Source of the DNA: Octopus bimaculoides
Lineage: Eukaryota
DNA length: 64,000 bases
Reading direction: 5' to 3'
Assembly: GCF_001194135.2 (NCBI RefSeq)
Contig: NC_068982.1
Span: 113,602,112 to 113,666,111, forward strand
Part shown: in pieces, positions 11,047 through 21,850 of the stretch
Numbering within the stretch: position 1 is the stretch's first letter
How the letters are laid out: each line of letters opens with the position of its first letter
Made by a program: the position numbers and the translations under genes
Notes under the pieces: model-generated
Database searches by the model: none
The model's input: only the letters and a program-made list of their open reading frames with translations
Told to the model about the DNA's origin: nothing

Positions 11047-11435
11047 TTACGGAGATGTACTTGCATAGCAAGTGACTTGATCTGAGATCGTGTGCTGGAA
11101 CGAAAACAATTGCAGTCTGGAAGGTGTTTATAAGCCATTTAAAATAACACACAAAGACCGTTAGATTCACTTCAACATTTAAATTTAATTTGTCAAAATA
11201 TTTTCATTGCTTTGAGATCGCGACCTGTTCACTGACAAAATTCTGTGCTACACAGTATAGTAGGTCAGTTGGGCACCATCTGTGAGAAAAGCTAGCACAG
11301 AATTTTGTCAGTGAACAGGTCGCGATCTCAGAGCAATGAAAATATTTTGACAAATTAAATTTAAATGTTGAAGTGAATCTAACGATCTTTGTGTGTTATT
11401 TTAAATGGCTTATAAACACCTTCCATGCTGCAATT
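11047..11435. mobile_element. Foldback element with 143-bp inverted arms (Penelope-like terminal-repeat remnant, inferred) inserted in (TA)n
   Basis: 11108-11250 vs 11293-11435 are reverse complements with 4 mismatches; extra ~60-bp left tail; (TA)n on both sides. Confidence 0.75.
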
Positions 11436-11458
11436 ATATATATATATATATATATATA

Positions 11459-12025
11459 TATGGGGTTGGGGAAAATAATGGAAACCCCTTAAAATTTCAA
11501 GCAAATTAATTTCAATATGGGGTAGGACCGCCTTTGGCAGTAATTACAGCTTGATGTTAGGGGTGATCTGGTTGCAGAAATTGTCTGACAGCCATGACTG
11601 GATCCTTCTGCTTGTGCAGCATGGTGTAGAGTCCTGTTGCCAGACATAGGATCTTCTAGCAGCAGCCCTCTTGACCCAGGGTAGCACTACCGCCTTCAGG
11701 CACTTGATGTAGGCCTCTGTATTGAATCTGAAGCCGTGTGGGGAGATGAATGGTGTTTGGTCATCACTCCAAACACCATGATGTTGACTGAATGCTAGAT
11801 TTTTATCACTTTCGGTACGTCCTTAGACTGCACTGTCTTCAGATTGACACCCAAACACTCTAAAATGTTCATAGTGGAACTTCCGACACGAATGTCAAGT
11901 AGTATAGCATGTTGTTTCCAAATTTCTGGCAGAGTAAATTGCATCACGGTGCTGTTTTTCTTACAGATGGTGCCCAACTGACCTACTATACTGTGAAGTC
12001 AACAAAATCAAAAACAAACAAAACG
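11459..12025 (-). mobile_element. Tc1/mariner DD37D (maT-like) deletion derivative
   Basis: rc encodes HSVNIMVFGV, HGFRFNTEAYIKCLKAVVLPWVKRAAARRSYVWQQDSTPCCTSRRIQSWLSDNF; similar to copy at 26698-27555. Confidence 0.8.
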
Positions 12026-12027
12026 CA

Positions 12028-12316
12028 TTACTCTTTTACTCTTTTACTTGTTTCAGTCATTTGACTATGGCCATCCAGGAGCACTGCCTTTTAGTCGAGC
12101 AAATCGACCCTGGGACTTATTCTTTGTAAGCCTAGTACTTATTCTGTCGGTCTCTTTTGCCGAGCCACTAAGTGACGGGGACATAACCATATCAGCATCA
12201 GTTGTCAAGCAATGCTAGGGGGACAAACACAGACACACAAACACACACACACACATACATATATACATATATACGATGGGCTTCTTTCAGTTTCCGTCTA
12301 TCAAATCCACTCACAA
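12028..12316 (-). mobile_element. tRNA-derived SINE family A, 3' part
   Basis: tactcttttacttgtttcagtcatttgact tail, internal (CA)/(TA) microsatellite. Confidence 0.85.
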
Positions 12317-12556
12317 TGGTCTATATGTAATAGTCCAATGGATTGAGATCTGGGGAATTAGGAGGCTAACTTGATTCAAGCATGTAGATGATTTACATCT
12401 CATATAGAAGCAGTTGTTGAAGATGAAGGTGGCTTTATTGAATAACATTATAGAAAAGGTTTAATTTTTATTCATAACATTTGTTGTAAATCTGTTATGT
12501 ATCTGTTTTTTTTTACAAACATAAATCTGTCCTCAAATATTTTGCACACCCTGTAC
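12317..12556. mobile_element. Rearranged Tc1/mariner fragment (motif on minus strand, C-terminus and TIR on plus strand)
   Basis: rc of ~12325-12365 encodes PPNSPDLNPLDY; plus 12385-12445 encodes HIEAVVEDEGGFIE*; ends tttgcacaccctgTA. Confidence 0.65.
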
Positions 12557-12718
12557 AACAGGCTTCTTTAGTTTCTGTCTACCAAATCTACTCACAAGGC
12601 TTTGGTCAGCCCAAGGCTATAGCAGAAGACACTTGCCCAAGATGCCATACAGTGAGACTGAATCCGGAACCATATGGTTGGGAAACTAGCTTCTTACCAC
12701 ACAGCCGTGCCAGCACCT
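12557..12718 (-). mobile_element. SINE family A, 5' (tRNA-like head) part
   Basis: rc: ggctgtgtggtaagaagctagtttcccaaccatatggttccggattcagtctcactg with A/B-box-like motifs. Confidence 0.8.
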
Positions 12719-12809
12719 ATGTGTGTATATACACTAAACCACAAAAGAAACACGTGACGTGTGTGACTGTGAAATATGTTTTAATTTCATTATGTCAGAG
12801 ATAAATTTT

Positions 12810-13480
12810 AATAAGTGTTAGGGGTTATGTGATCATGAAAATTTTCAGCCATCCATTCCTGTGTTACTAAAGCCATGTGTGATCTTACTGAAACATATAT
12901 GGCCTTCTATTACACACACTGTCTATCTTGGGCTTAACAATTATTTCCAGGACTTCAATGTAGGCAGCAGAGTTAACTCTAAGGCCTTGTAGAAAGAAGT
13001 AAGGAGGCATCACATGTCCTTCATTGCTGACAACCTCTAAAACCATGACAGGTGCAGAAAATTTTGTATGCATAACACTTGGAACTTCAGAAGGGACCAT
13101 CAATCAGTTCTTCTGTTAAATTTTTGATCTTGGTTGAAGTTTTTCTTATTTGAGAAAAACCAAATCAAATCTTCTGCTGGATTTTTCAGTTTGTTTAAGA
13201 GCCTTTTAGATCTGATGTAGTGATTTTCTTTTGCTTTTTCTGACAATTTAATCTCTCCTCATCATATAAAACTTATAGCCGATGTTTTTGTAGACATTTC
13301 TGACTGTTCCTTCTGACACACAGAGATCTTTTGCAATTGACTTCATGGACTTTCTGGGATTGTAATCAATGCTCTGTTGAACTTGCTGGATAAATTCAGG
13401 TGTTCTGATGATTTCAGAGTGTTTAGAATACTTTTTATGCTTTGATACTGGTGATACATTTCCATCTTTAGTCTCTAGCT
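12810..13480 (-). mobile_element. Tc1/mariner DD37D-like transposase relic
   Basis: ORF 12885-13103 (VMHTKFSAPVMVLEVVSNEGHVMPPYFF...RPYMFQ); upstream FSNKKNFNQDQKFNRRTD (degenerate SDEK). Confidence 0.8.
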
Positions 13481-13538
13481 CCTTACAAACTTTGTGGACG
13501 AAAGATCTGGCAAATTTTAAAAATCAAGATATTTCTAA

Positions 13539-13791
13539 NNNNNNNNNNNNNNNNNNNNNNNNNNNNNNNNNNNNNNNNNNNNNNNNNNNNNNNNNNNNNN
13601 NNNNNNNNNNNNNNNNNNNNNNNNNNNNNNNNNNNNNNNNNNNNNNNNNNNNNNNNNNNNNNNNNNNNNNNNNNNNNNNNNNNNNNNNNNNNNNNNNNNN
13701 NNNNNNNNNNNNNNNNNNNNNNNNNNNNNNNNNNNNNNNNNNNNNNNNNNNNNNNNNNNNNNNNNNNNNNNNNNNNNNNNNNNNNNNNNNN
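13539..13791. other. Assembly gap (N run)
   Basis: Continuous Ns. Confidence 0.99.
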
Positions 13792-13813
13792 GTGTGTGTG
13801 TGTGTGAGAGTGT

Positions 13814-13854
<41 letters not shown>

Positions 13855-14055
13855 TTTATCCCCCCCATCACCATTTGACATCTGGTATTGTTGAATTGAC
13901 ATCACCATAACCTAGCGGTTCAACAAAAGAAAACCAATAGAATAAGTACTAGACTTAAAAGATAAGTCCTGGGGTCAATTTGTTCAACTAAAACCCTTCA
14001 AGGTGGTGCTCCAGCATGGCTGCAGTCAAACAACTGAAACAAGTAAGAGAATAAA
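13792..14055 (+). mobile_element. SINE family A, 3' half
   Basis: (GT)n then ...aataagtcctggggtcaatttg...ggtgctccagcatggctgcagtcaaacaactgaaacaagtaagag. Confidence 0.8.
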
Positions 14056-14220
14056 AAATAATATGTAATAAAATATATATATATACACACACACACGTGT
14101 GTGTGTATATGCATACATGTGTGTCAGTAGTAAATATAATACAGACGTGTAGCAACTCATCACCTGGAAAAAAGTCACCTCCATCAGTATTACTCCCTGC
14201 TCAGTTGACAGGTCTTGCTT

Positions 14221-14428
14221 GCAAGTTACGTAGTGACCTCAGTGTTGCTGGTGTCATACAAAAAGTACCCAGTACACTCTGTAAATTGGTTGGCATTAGG
14301 AAGAGCATCCAGCTCTAGAAGCCATGTTAAAGCAGATATTTGAGTCTGGCACAGTCTTCTGATTTGCCAGTTCCTGTCAAACCATCTGACCCATGGCAGC
14401 ATAGAAAACAGACGTTAAATGATAATGA
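14221..14428 (+). mobile_element. Family D (RTE-tailed) element
   Basis: ggttggcattaggaagagcatccag...cccatggcagcatagaaaacagacgttaaatgat. Confidence 0.8.
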
Positions 14429-15744
14429 GCGTAGTAATTATGATATAGTTGTGTAGTAGTTATAGCATAGTGCTGTAGTAATTACAATACAGTTGTGTTG
14501 TAATTATAGTACATTAGTGTAGTAATTATACTGTAGTGGTATAGCAATAAAATGTTACAGGTAGTAACAATTAATCAAATATTCAAAGATTTGAATCTTT
14601 CTTAATGTTCCTCAGTCCACTAATCATAATGTGTGTGAATGTCATCAGTGTCACAAACGTCCTAATAATTTTGTATGGATTAAAGGGAGGGAGAGAGTAA
14701 ACCAGTAAGGGCTGAATTACAATGACATTTGTTACAACAATCAGCTTGTGATATCTCTTCATGGCAGCCAAAACCATTTCGTACAAGAGTTATCTTCAGT
14801 TTATGCTAAGTAGGTGTGGTAACATCAATAGGAAATCCCGCTGTAATAATCTGCTCGCATCTGCTTTTGCTGAATTTATACATGTTGGGGTCAAATGACA
14901 GAATAGAGTTAATGGGAATAGATCAAGACTGAAGCAACCACTATAACTAATACAAATAAAGTTGTTTCTAGGCAGGCGCTTTACATGCTAGAAAGAGCAG
15001 TTAAATTTTCTTCAATTCATACCTTACAGTCTTTCTGAAATGGAAATATTAGATAATGCAATATCAGATACACCGTATCTTGAAAAAAGATAGAATGAGG
15101 TCTTTAATAGTAAGTCTGCTCAATCAGAGCTGACCTTGAGTTAAACAATAACAACAACTAGTGCAACATTAATATATCAGTAGACATGCAAGGTTTTGCA
15201 AGGAGCAGATAATGAATGGTATTTAATATAAGCCAGTGAAGGCAGCAGATTGACTTTGGTGTCAGACAAAATACTTAACACATCTGTGATCAATAACATT
15301 CTAGTCATAACCACCTCAACAATTTAGAAGACAAAGTCTACATTGTTCTATGTATCTTTCCTTGTGTAAGACAGTAAGGGATGATTTGCTATTTCTAGCT
15401 ATCGAAGAGACCATGTAGAGGATCCAGTATTTATTTGTTTGGAAGAATGTAAAGTAAATGGCATTGAAAGCAGTAAAATAAACTGCCTATTGCTTTTGAA
15501 TGACTATATTTATGTTACAAGAATCATGTTCATTAATTTGAAGAGACCATTTATTATCTAGCAATGTGCTATTACTATATTGCTAAGCTGAGCACAATGT
15601 TAAATATTATTTACATTTCATATAAAATATCTCAGGAGAAAAATATATTAACCATTACATTATGGTAGAGTCATTGTACCCATTAAAAATACACACACAC
15701 ACACATACACTCTAATAATAATATATATGGCATAGGAATGCCTA

Positions 15745-15930
15745 GGTGCAGGTATGGCCACATGGTCAAGCAGTTATCTTCCCAAACACATGATATCAGG
15801 TTAAGTCCCACTACACAGCCTGTTGAGCAAGTATCTTCAAATATAGCCCTGGGCTGGTCAAGCCATATGAATAGGCCTCATAGACAGAAATTGAAAGAAG
15901 CCTGTGGTACATGTGTGTATGTGTGTGTAT
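15745..15930 (+). mobile_element. SINE family A, 5' half, CpG-decayed
   Basis: ggtgcaggtatggccacatggtcaagcag...ggttaagtcccact...gaaattgaaagaagcctgtgg. Confidence 0.65.
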
Positions 15931-16371
15931 AGGTGTGTGTGTGTATAGGTGTGTGTACATACATACATACATACACATATATATGTATATTATGTAAGTT
16001 TGTTTGTGTGTGTATCAGAGACATAAATATTTCTACATTTTTCAAAGCTGTCATAACTGATAGTTTTTTTCTATGTCAGTAGTATGACAATACAATTAAA
16101 CAGGCACTGCTAACATCGTTTGGCAGAAAGATTAATGATGTACCGATTGTAATTATTAAGATACCAAGTACACCTGGTATTGACACCAAACTCCATAATT
16201 CAAAAGTATGAGTTTATTTTTTGTTTTAAATTCTTATATTTATTGATATTTAATTCAATTTAATGCAACTCACTGATATTGAATTTTTATTTAGAAATAA
16301 CTCTAGATGTCAGAATTTTATAGATGTTATTTATTTATAAGATGGATGTTAATATATTAGATATCATAGCA

Positions 16372-16560
16372 TCACCATCATCATCTTTTAACATTCATCT
16401 ACCATGCTGACATGGGTGGGTTGAATGGTTTGACAGAAGCTAATGTGTCTAAGAATTGTGTTGTAATCTAATGCCTACTTTTGTTAGGTGTCTACAGCAA
16501 GATACCTTTCCAAACACCAACCATTTTATAGTGTGTGACTTTCCTTTATCATGGCATCAG
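16372..16560 (-). mobile_element. Family D tail, degenerate
   Basis: catcatcttttaacattcatctaccatgctgacatggg... Confidence 0.6.
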
Positions 16561-17150
16561 TACTACTCTCCCTAATTGCTCCCTCTCAACCCTTGTTTAT
16601 CATTAATTGCCCTCTTTCAACCCTTGTTTATCATGTGGCACATTCACCCTTACCCTTCTCCCCATCTCTATCCTTCACTCTCCCAGTACACTCTTGCAAC
16701 CACTAAACCACCCACCATTTTTGTTCTTTTGTTCCAGTACCTACCCTGCTGCATTGTTACCACTTTCTTCATGTCACTCACCAGCTCCACCTTGATTACT
16801 CCCACCCTCATTTGTATAATGCAAGCAACCATATATCTCCTCTACAGTAAGAAATCTATTCCTGTCCCTTCTTCCATACTTCCATCACCTAGCATAAAGC
16901 AACCATCCTCTTTGCTAATCGCCCACTCACTCAAAGAGGAACTTTGGAGCAACATGGTGACTTAACTAGTGCTGATACCATAGGAAAAGGCACCCTGTAT
17001 TCTCTGTAAAGTGGTTGGTGTTATGAATGGTAGCCAGCTGTTGAAACCATGCTAAAGCAGACATTAGAGCATCATGCAATCCACATATTTAGCAGATCCA
17101 GCCAAGCTAAATTATACCAGCTGGAAAGATGGACATTAAAAGATGACAAT
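16561..17150 (+). mobile_element. RTE 3' UTR (pyrimidine-rich) plus family D tail
   Basis: C/T-rich tract followed by ctagtgctgataccataggaaaaggcaccc...gtggttggtgttatgaatggtagccagc...gatggacattaaaagatgac. Confidence 0.6.
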
Positions 17151-18040
17151 AGTGTGTGTGTGTGTGGTTTAGTGGTTAGAGTACTTGGCTTGTGGTTGTA
17201 AAGTTATATATACATATACACACACACCCACATGTATCACAGGCTTGTTTCAATTTATGTTTATGAAGTCTATTCATATGGTATGACCAGCCCAGGGCTA
17301 TATTTGAAGATACTTCTGTTATGGCTCAACAAGAATTGCTCTTATAGCTAACTTTCAATGAGATTGAGAAAGAGCATGGCTCATAATTTTTTTATGGGTA
17401 CCTTCAGCACCAATCTGGAAAACAATAAAGCTGTGATATTTTAATTTTCTAAACCAACTTGCATCATTCTTGAGAATTCATAAATTCTTCAATAACCTTA
17501 TCAAATAGCATTAATAACATTATTAAATAGTAAATGTCCACATTGCTTCTTCTCTGTTTAGAATCCCTTGACTCCAATATTCAAGATGTACATGTCTTCA
17601 TTAGAAGATTCATGAAATTGAAATACAATGAAAATGGTTGTTATTTAATAAATACACAAGAGAGTTGTAGTCCTCCAAATATCAAAGTTCTCTAAACATT
17701 TTTTTTTTTTGCTATTAAGTTAGGAGATGAAGAGAAAAAGGCAATAACTTTTGTAGGTTCTTTTACATTGGTGAGATTAATGCATCTGATTCCCAGCCTG
17801 AAGTCTGCAATTCTGGTCAGAGTCAGCAGAAATAAACCATGGATGAGAAGGAAAGTGAGAGCAGGGTGTGTTGATCCAAGTGCTTGCAATAGAGTTTGCT
17901 ATAATAGTCACCCAAGGACTACCTGCTGCTGTTGTTAAATCAGGTAGTCTTGATAGTCTTAGGCCTAATTCTCATGTATTTTACAAACACTTGATGGCTA
18001 ATGTATTCAGGACTTAATATTATAGGAATGCTTAAGAGAG

Positions 18041-18245
18041 AATCATTAGCATGCTGGGCAAAATGCTTAGAGGCATTTTATTGGTCTTCACATTCTGAGT
18101 TCAAATTTTACCACGGTCAGCTTTGCCTTTTATCCTTTTGGGGGTCAATAAAATAAGTACCAATTGAGCACTGGGGTTGATGCAATCGACTTATCCCTAC
18201 TCCTGAACTTGCTGGCTTTTTGTCAAAATTTGAAACCAGTATTAT
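18041..18245 (+). mobile_element. SINE family B
   Basis: aaatgcttagaggcatt...ttctgagttcaaatt...ctttgccttttatccttttgggggtcaataaaataagtacc. Confidence 0.8.
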
Positions 18246-19624
18246 AGGAAAGTTTGAAATGTTAACATAGCCTTCCTATGAAACATCAGTCATAAATAAA
18301 GACATGAAATAAGAGTGCTGATCAACAGAATGTAGTGGATATTTAATATGCTATGTTCTGTTGACTAATATGTCTTTACCAAAAGTCTTCTGTGTTCCAG
18401 TGTCATTTGCATTGTGTAGGATGCTTCTTTACCACATAATTATTCTATCTTATTGACTATTTCTTTGAATAGACTGACTGAACAGCAGCAGAGTTCCTTT
18501 ATTTCATAATTACTTCCTTGATGCTACTTCTAAGAACACATATTACATAGATAGAGTTCAACAATTATTAACCACCAAGTAATTTCCTTTAGATAGTGTC
18601 ACTCAAGAATCAGTTTATACTAGAATAATTTCCATTTTCCTTCTAAAGTAAAGCCTTATATTTAGTTTAATAATTTCTTTTGATTACATCATCTAGTGCT
18701 AATAGAAAATGTAAATCAAAATATAAATTTCTTAGAGCCTGTTCCAGTTTCCACATTTGTTGCTTAAAATATGCCTTTGGGTACTAGTTTTGTCTTAATT
18801 TTGCATCAAGACACCCAGAATTACTAACTTCATTTATTATTAAATATTTCATTAATTTGAAAGGATCTAATAAATCAGACAGTCAGTATTTATTCAATCT
18901 ATGAAACAGAATTTAACTAAGATATGATGCAAATTATTTTCTTTTGGCAGTAACCGAATATAGTTTTCACTTCTGTTATTAATATGAACGCAACTTTTCT
19001 CTATAGTAATTCTTATCATATTTCCAGTTAGATTAATGAATCAATATTAAACCAATTTAACAGAGGAGTAAGTTTTAGCCTATATATGACTAGTTATCTA
19101 GAAGTGTGTGTCTGAAACATTATATTAAAGCAGCAGTCATAAAGGCAATTGATTTTAGTGAAACATCTAGAAATCAGGGCATTTTAATAAGTTGCTGTTG
19201 TGATTTAAGTGTAATATGATTTTACAAAGATGTTTATGAGATGAAGTGGTTTAGTCTGTTAAGTCACAGAGATTCCTCTCAAGAAAGACTCATTTCATCA
19301 ATAAGTATGTAAACAATTTTCAGAAAAGCCTTTTCAAAAGATAAAGAGGGGGATTAACTTAATTACATAATTACATAATTGTACATACACACACATAAAT
19401 AAGTACACATATAAACAAATAGGTGATTTAATATAAATTTTATTGAGTCATAAATAGAATTGTGTTAATGGGTGAATAATTGGAAAGGTAGTGGCATAAA
19501 TAAGTTAATACATTATTACAACCCCTGTCTTTTTCTGTCTTGCGAGTTTGAATATTAATGTCACTAGAGCTGGTGGCATGAAAAATGTACACATATAATA
19601 AAAAGAAACAATTTTAAAAAAACA

Positions 19625-19671
19625 GAGAGAGAGAGAGAGAGTGAAAGACAGACAGACATACAGATAGACAC

Positions 19672-19716
<45 letters not shown>

Positions 19717-19745
19717 CGGACGGACAGACAGATAGATAGATAGAT
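19625..19745 (+). repeat. Compound (AG)n/(AGAC)n/(AGAT)n microsatellite
   Basis: Direct reading. Confidence 0.95.
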
Positions 19746-20169
19746 ACAATTCAATATAATATGGTTGAGCAAAATCAGCACATTCAAGATAAGACACCAG
19801 CAAATCCATTCTCAGTCTCACATGGATAAAACATTTCAAAACTAATGAAGAATGTTTGGCCATTTGTCTTTTATTTATTTATTTATTTATTTATTTGCAT
19901 ATTCCAGTAATTCTGAAACTAAATTGTTTTGATGTCATCATAAAGTTGCCTTTGAATATTTTAATGACTAAAATATTCTGCTTAGCAATATCAGCATGGA
20001 TAGAAATGTCAGTGTTACAACAGTCAATCAAAGCCTGCATTGAGTGATTGTGAATTACAATAATAATGAATGCACAAGACAAAATGATGCTCAATAAAAA
20101 AAAAAAACTGAAAATCTTTATAAAATCAAAGAAAATAATGAGTTTGTTTATTAGATCATTTTTGCATAC

Positions 20170-20251
20170 ACAAGAAAAATGGCATGATTTTTGCACATTT
20201 GTGATATGCTGCATCCCTTGTTGGACATTCTCTGCAGTTATATCCACACTT
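20170..20251 (-). CDS. Speculative cysteine-rich exon (KCGYNCRECPTRDAAYHKCAKIMPFFL)
   Basis: Acceptor ttttcattttagtcag|, donor |gtatgc, open frame; no homolog recognised. Confidence 0.2.
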
Positions 20252-20356
20252 CTGACTAAAATGAAAACACTTTGAAAAGCAGTGACTGACATAGTTCCTT
20301 GTTCATTGTCCTCTTCCATAATTCATATTTGTAGTATTATTTATAAACATATCAAT

Positions 20357-20626
20357 GTAGCTATGTGGTAAGAAGCTTGCTTTCCAACCACATGGCTCCG
20401 GGTTCAGTCCCACTGCATGGCATCTTGGGCTAGTGTCGACTTTGCCTTTCATCCTTTCAGGGTTGATAAATAAAGTACCAGTTACGCACTGGGGTCGATG
20501 TAATCGACTTAATCCCTTTGTCTGTCCTTGTTTGTCCCCTCCACGTTTAGCTCCTTGTGGGCAATAAAGAAATAAGAAACTGAAAGAAGCCCATCATGTG
20601 TATATATATATATATATATATATAGA

Positions 20627-20658
<32 letters not shown>

Positions 20659-20911
20659 GATAGATAGATGTGTGTGTATATTCATGTGTGTGTCTTTGTG
20701 TCTGTGTTTGTCCCCCTCACCATTGCTTAACAACTGATGTTGGTGTGTTTATGTCTCCATAACTTAGCAGTTCAACAAAGAGACCAATAGAATAAGTACT
20801 AGGCTTATAAAGAATAAGTACTGGGGTCGATTTTTTCAACTAAAACCCTTTAAGGCAGTGCTCCAGCTTGGCCATAGTCAAATGACTGAAAAATGTAAAA
20901 GAGTAAAAGAA
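20357..20911 (+). mobile_element. Chimeric SINE: family A interrupted by a Meta-core segment with a different tail
   Basis: A head 20357-20437; gactttgcctttcatcctttcagggttgataaa...ccttgtgggcaataaagaaata 20438-20575; A body resumes gaaactgaaagaagccc. Confidence 0.8.
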
Positions 20912-20920
20912 TATACATAC

Positions 20921-21088
20921 ACACCCATTACACTCTCAGAGTGGTTGACGTTAGGAAGGGCATCCAGCCATAGAAAACCATGCCAAAACAGACTGGAGTC
21001 TGGTGCAGCCTTCCAGCTTACCAGCCCTGGTCAAACTGTCCAACCCATGCCAGCATGGACAACGGACGTTAAATCATGATAATGATGA
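20921..21088 (+). mobile_element. Family D element
   Basis: gtggttgacgttaggaagggcatccagccatagaaacc...ccaacccatgccagcatggacaacggacgttaaa. Confidence 0.85.
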
Positions 21089-21111
21089 CACACACACACA
21101 TGCATATATAG

Positions 21112-21850
21112 TTACTATCTTCTTAGAACGGTAACTGCAGAAGCATTTGCCAAAACCAAAATGCTGTACTTGGCATTTGTCAACATAGAGAAAACTTTTG
21201 ACAGAGTTCCTCACTCCAAGACCTGGTAGAAGATGTGGAAGCTAGGGTAGATGAGTGGCTGGTGAGGCTATCCAAGCCATATACAGGAAGGTTGTCAATA
21301 TGGTGAAAGTCAGCGATGTGTAGAGTAGTTCAGCAAAGATCAGTTCTCAGTTCACTTTTGTTTATCAAAGTCCTCCAGGCCATAACAAAGAAATTTAAAA
21401 CTGATTGCCTAAGGAGCTCCTCTTTGTTGATTACTGTGTTCTTATAGCAGAATCTCTTGTAGAATCCGAGAAGAAATTTCAGGTGTAGAAGCAAGGACAG
21501 GAATCAAATAAACTTTAATTTAGTAAAGACCAAAGTACTATCAAGAAGGTAAGCAAATTATCAGTTCCTTCAGGGAGGTGGCCTTGCTCAATATGTGGAA
21601 AAGTAGGAGGTAGAAATTCCATATGATGTATCCACTACAAGTTATGGAATACAGTGGAATCACAGGAAAGTTAACAGAGAAAGTTGCCATTGTGTGTAGC
21701 AGATTGAAAGGGCATTCAGCTGCAGAGGCCATGCAGAAGTAGTCAGTACAGCTTGGTACAGTATTGTGACTGTGAAACCATCTGAATCATGCCAGCATGG
21801 AAGGAGGACATTAAATGATAACGATGAAGATAATAATAATAATGATGATG
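21112..21850 (+). mobile_element. RTE-clade LINE RT fragment joined to a D tail
   Basis: LYLAFVNIEKTFDRVP, QRSVLSSLLFIKVLQAITKKFKT, PSGRWPCSICGKVGGRNSI pieces with stops and frameshifts. Confidence 0.8.

Noticed and set aside
17402-17950. 13-nt micro-exon candidate (17402-17414, minus) and exon-like reads on both strands at 17565-17950
   Set aside because: Splice signals occur on both strands, phases do not chain with neighbours, and no homology is recognised.
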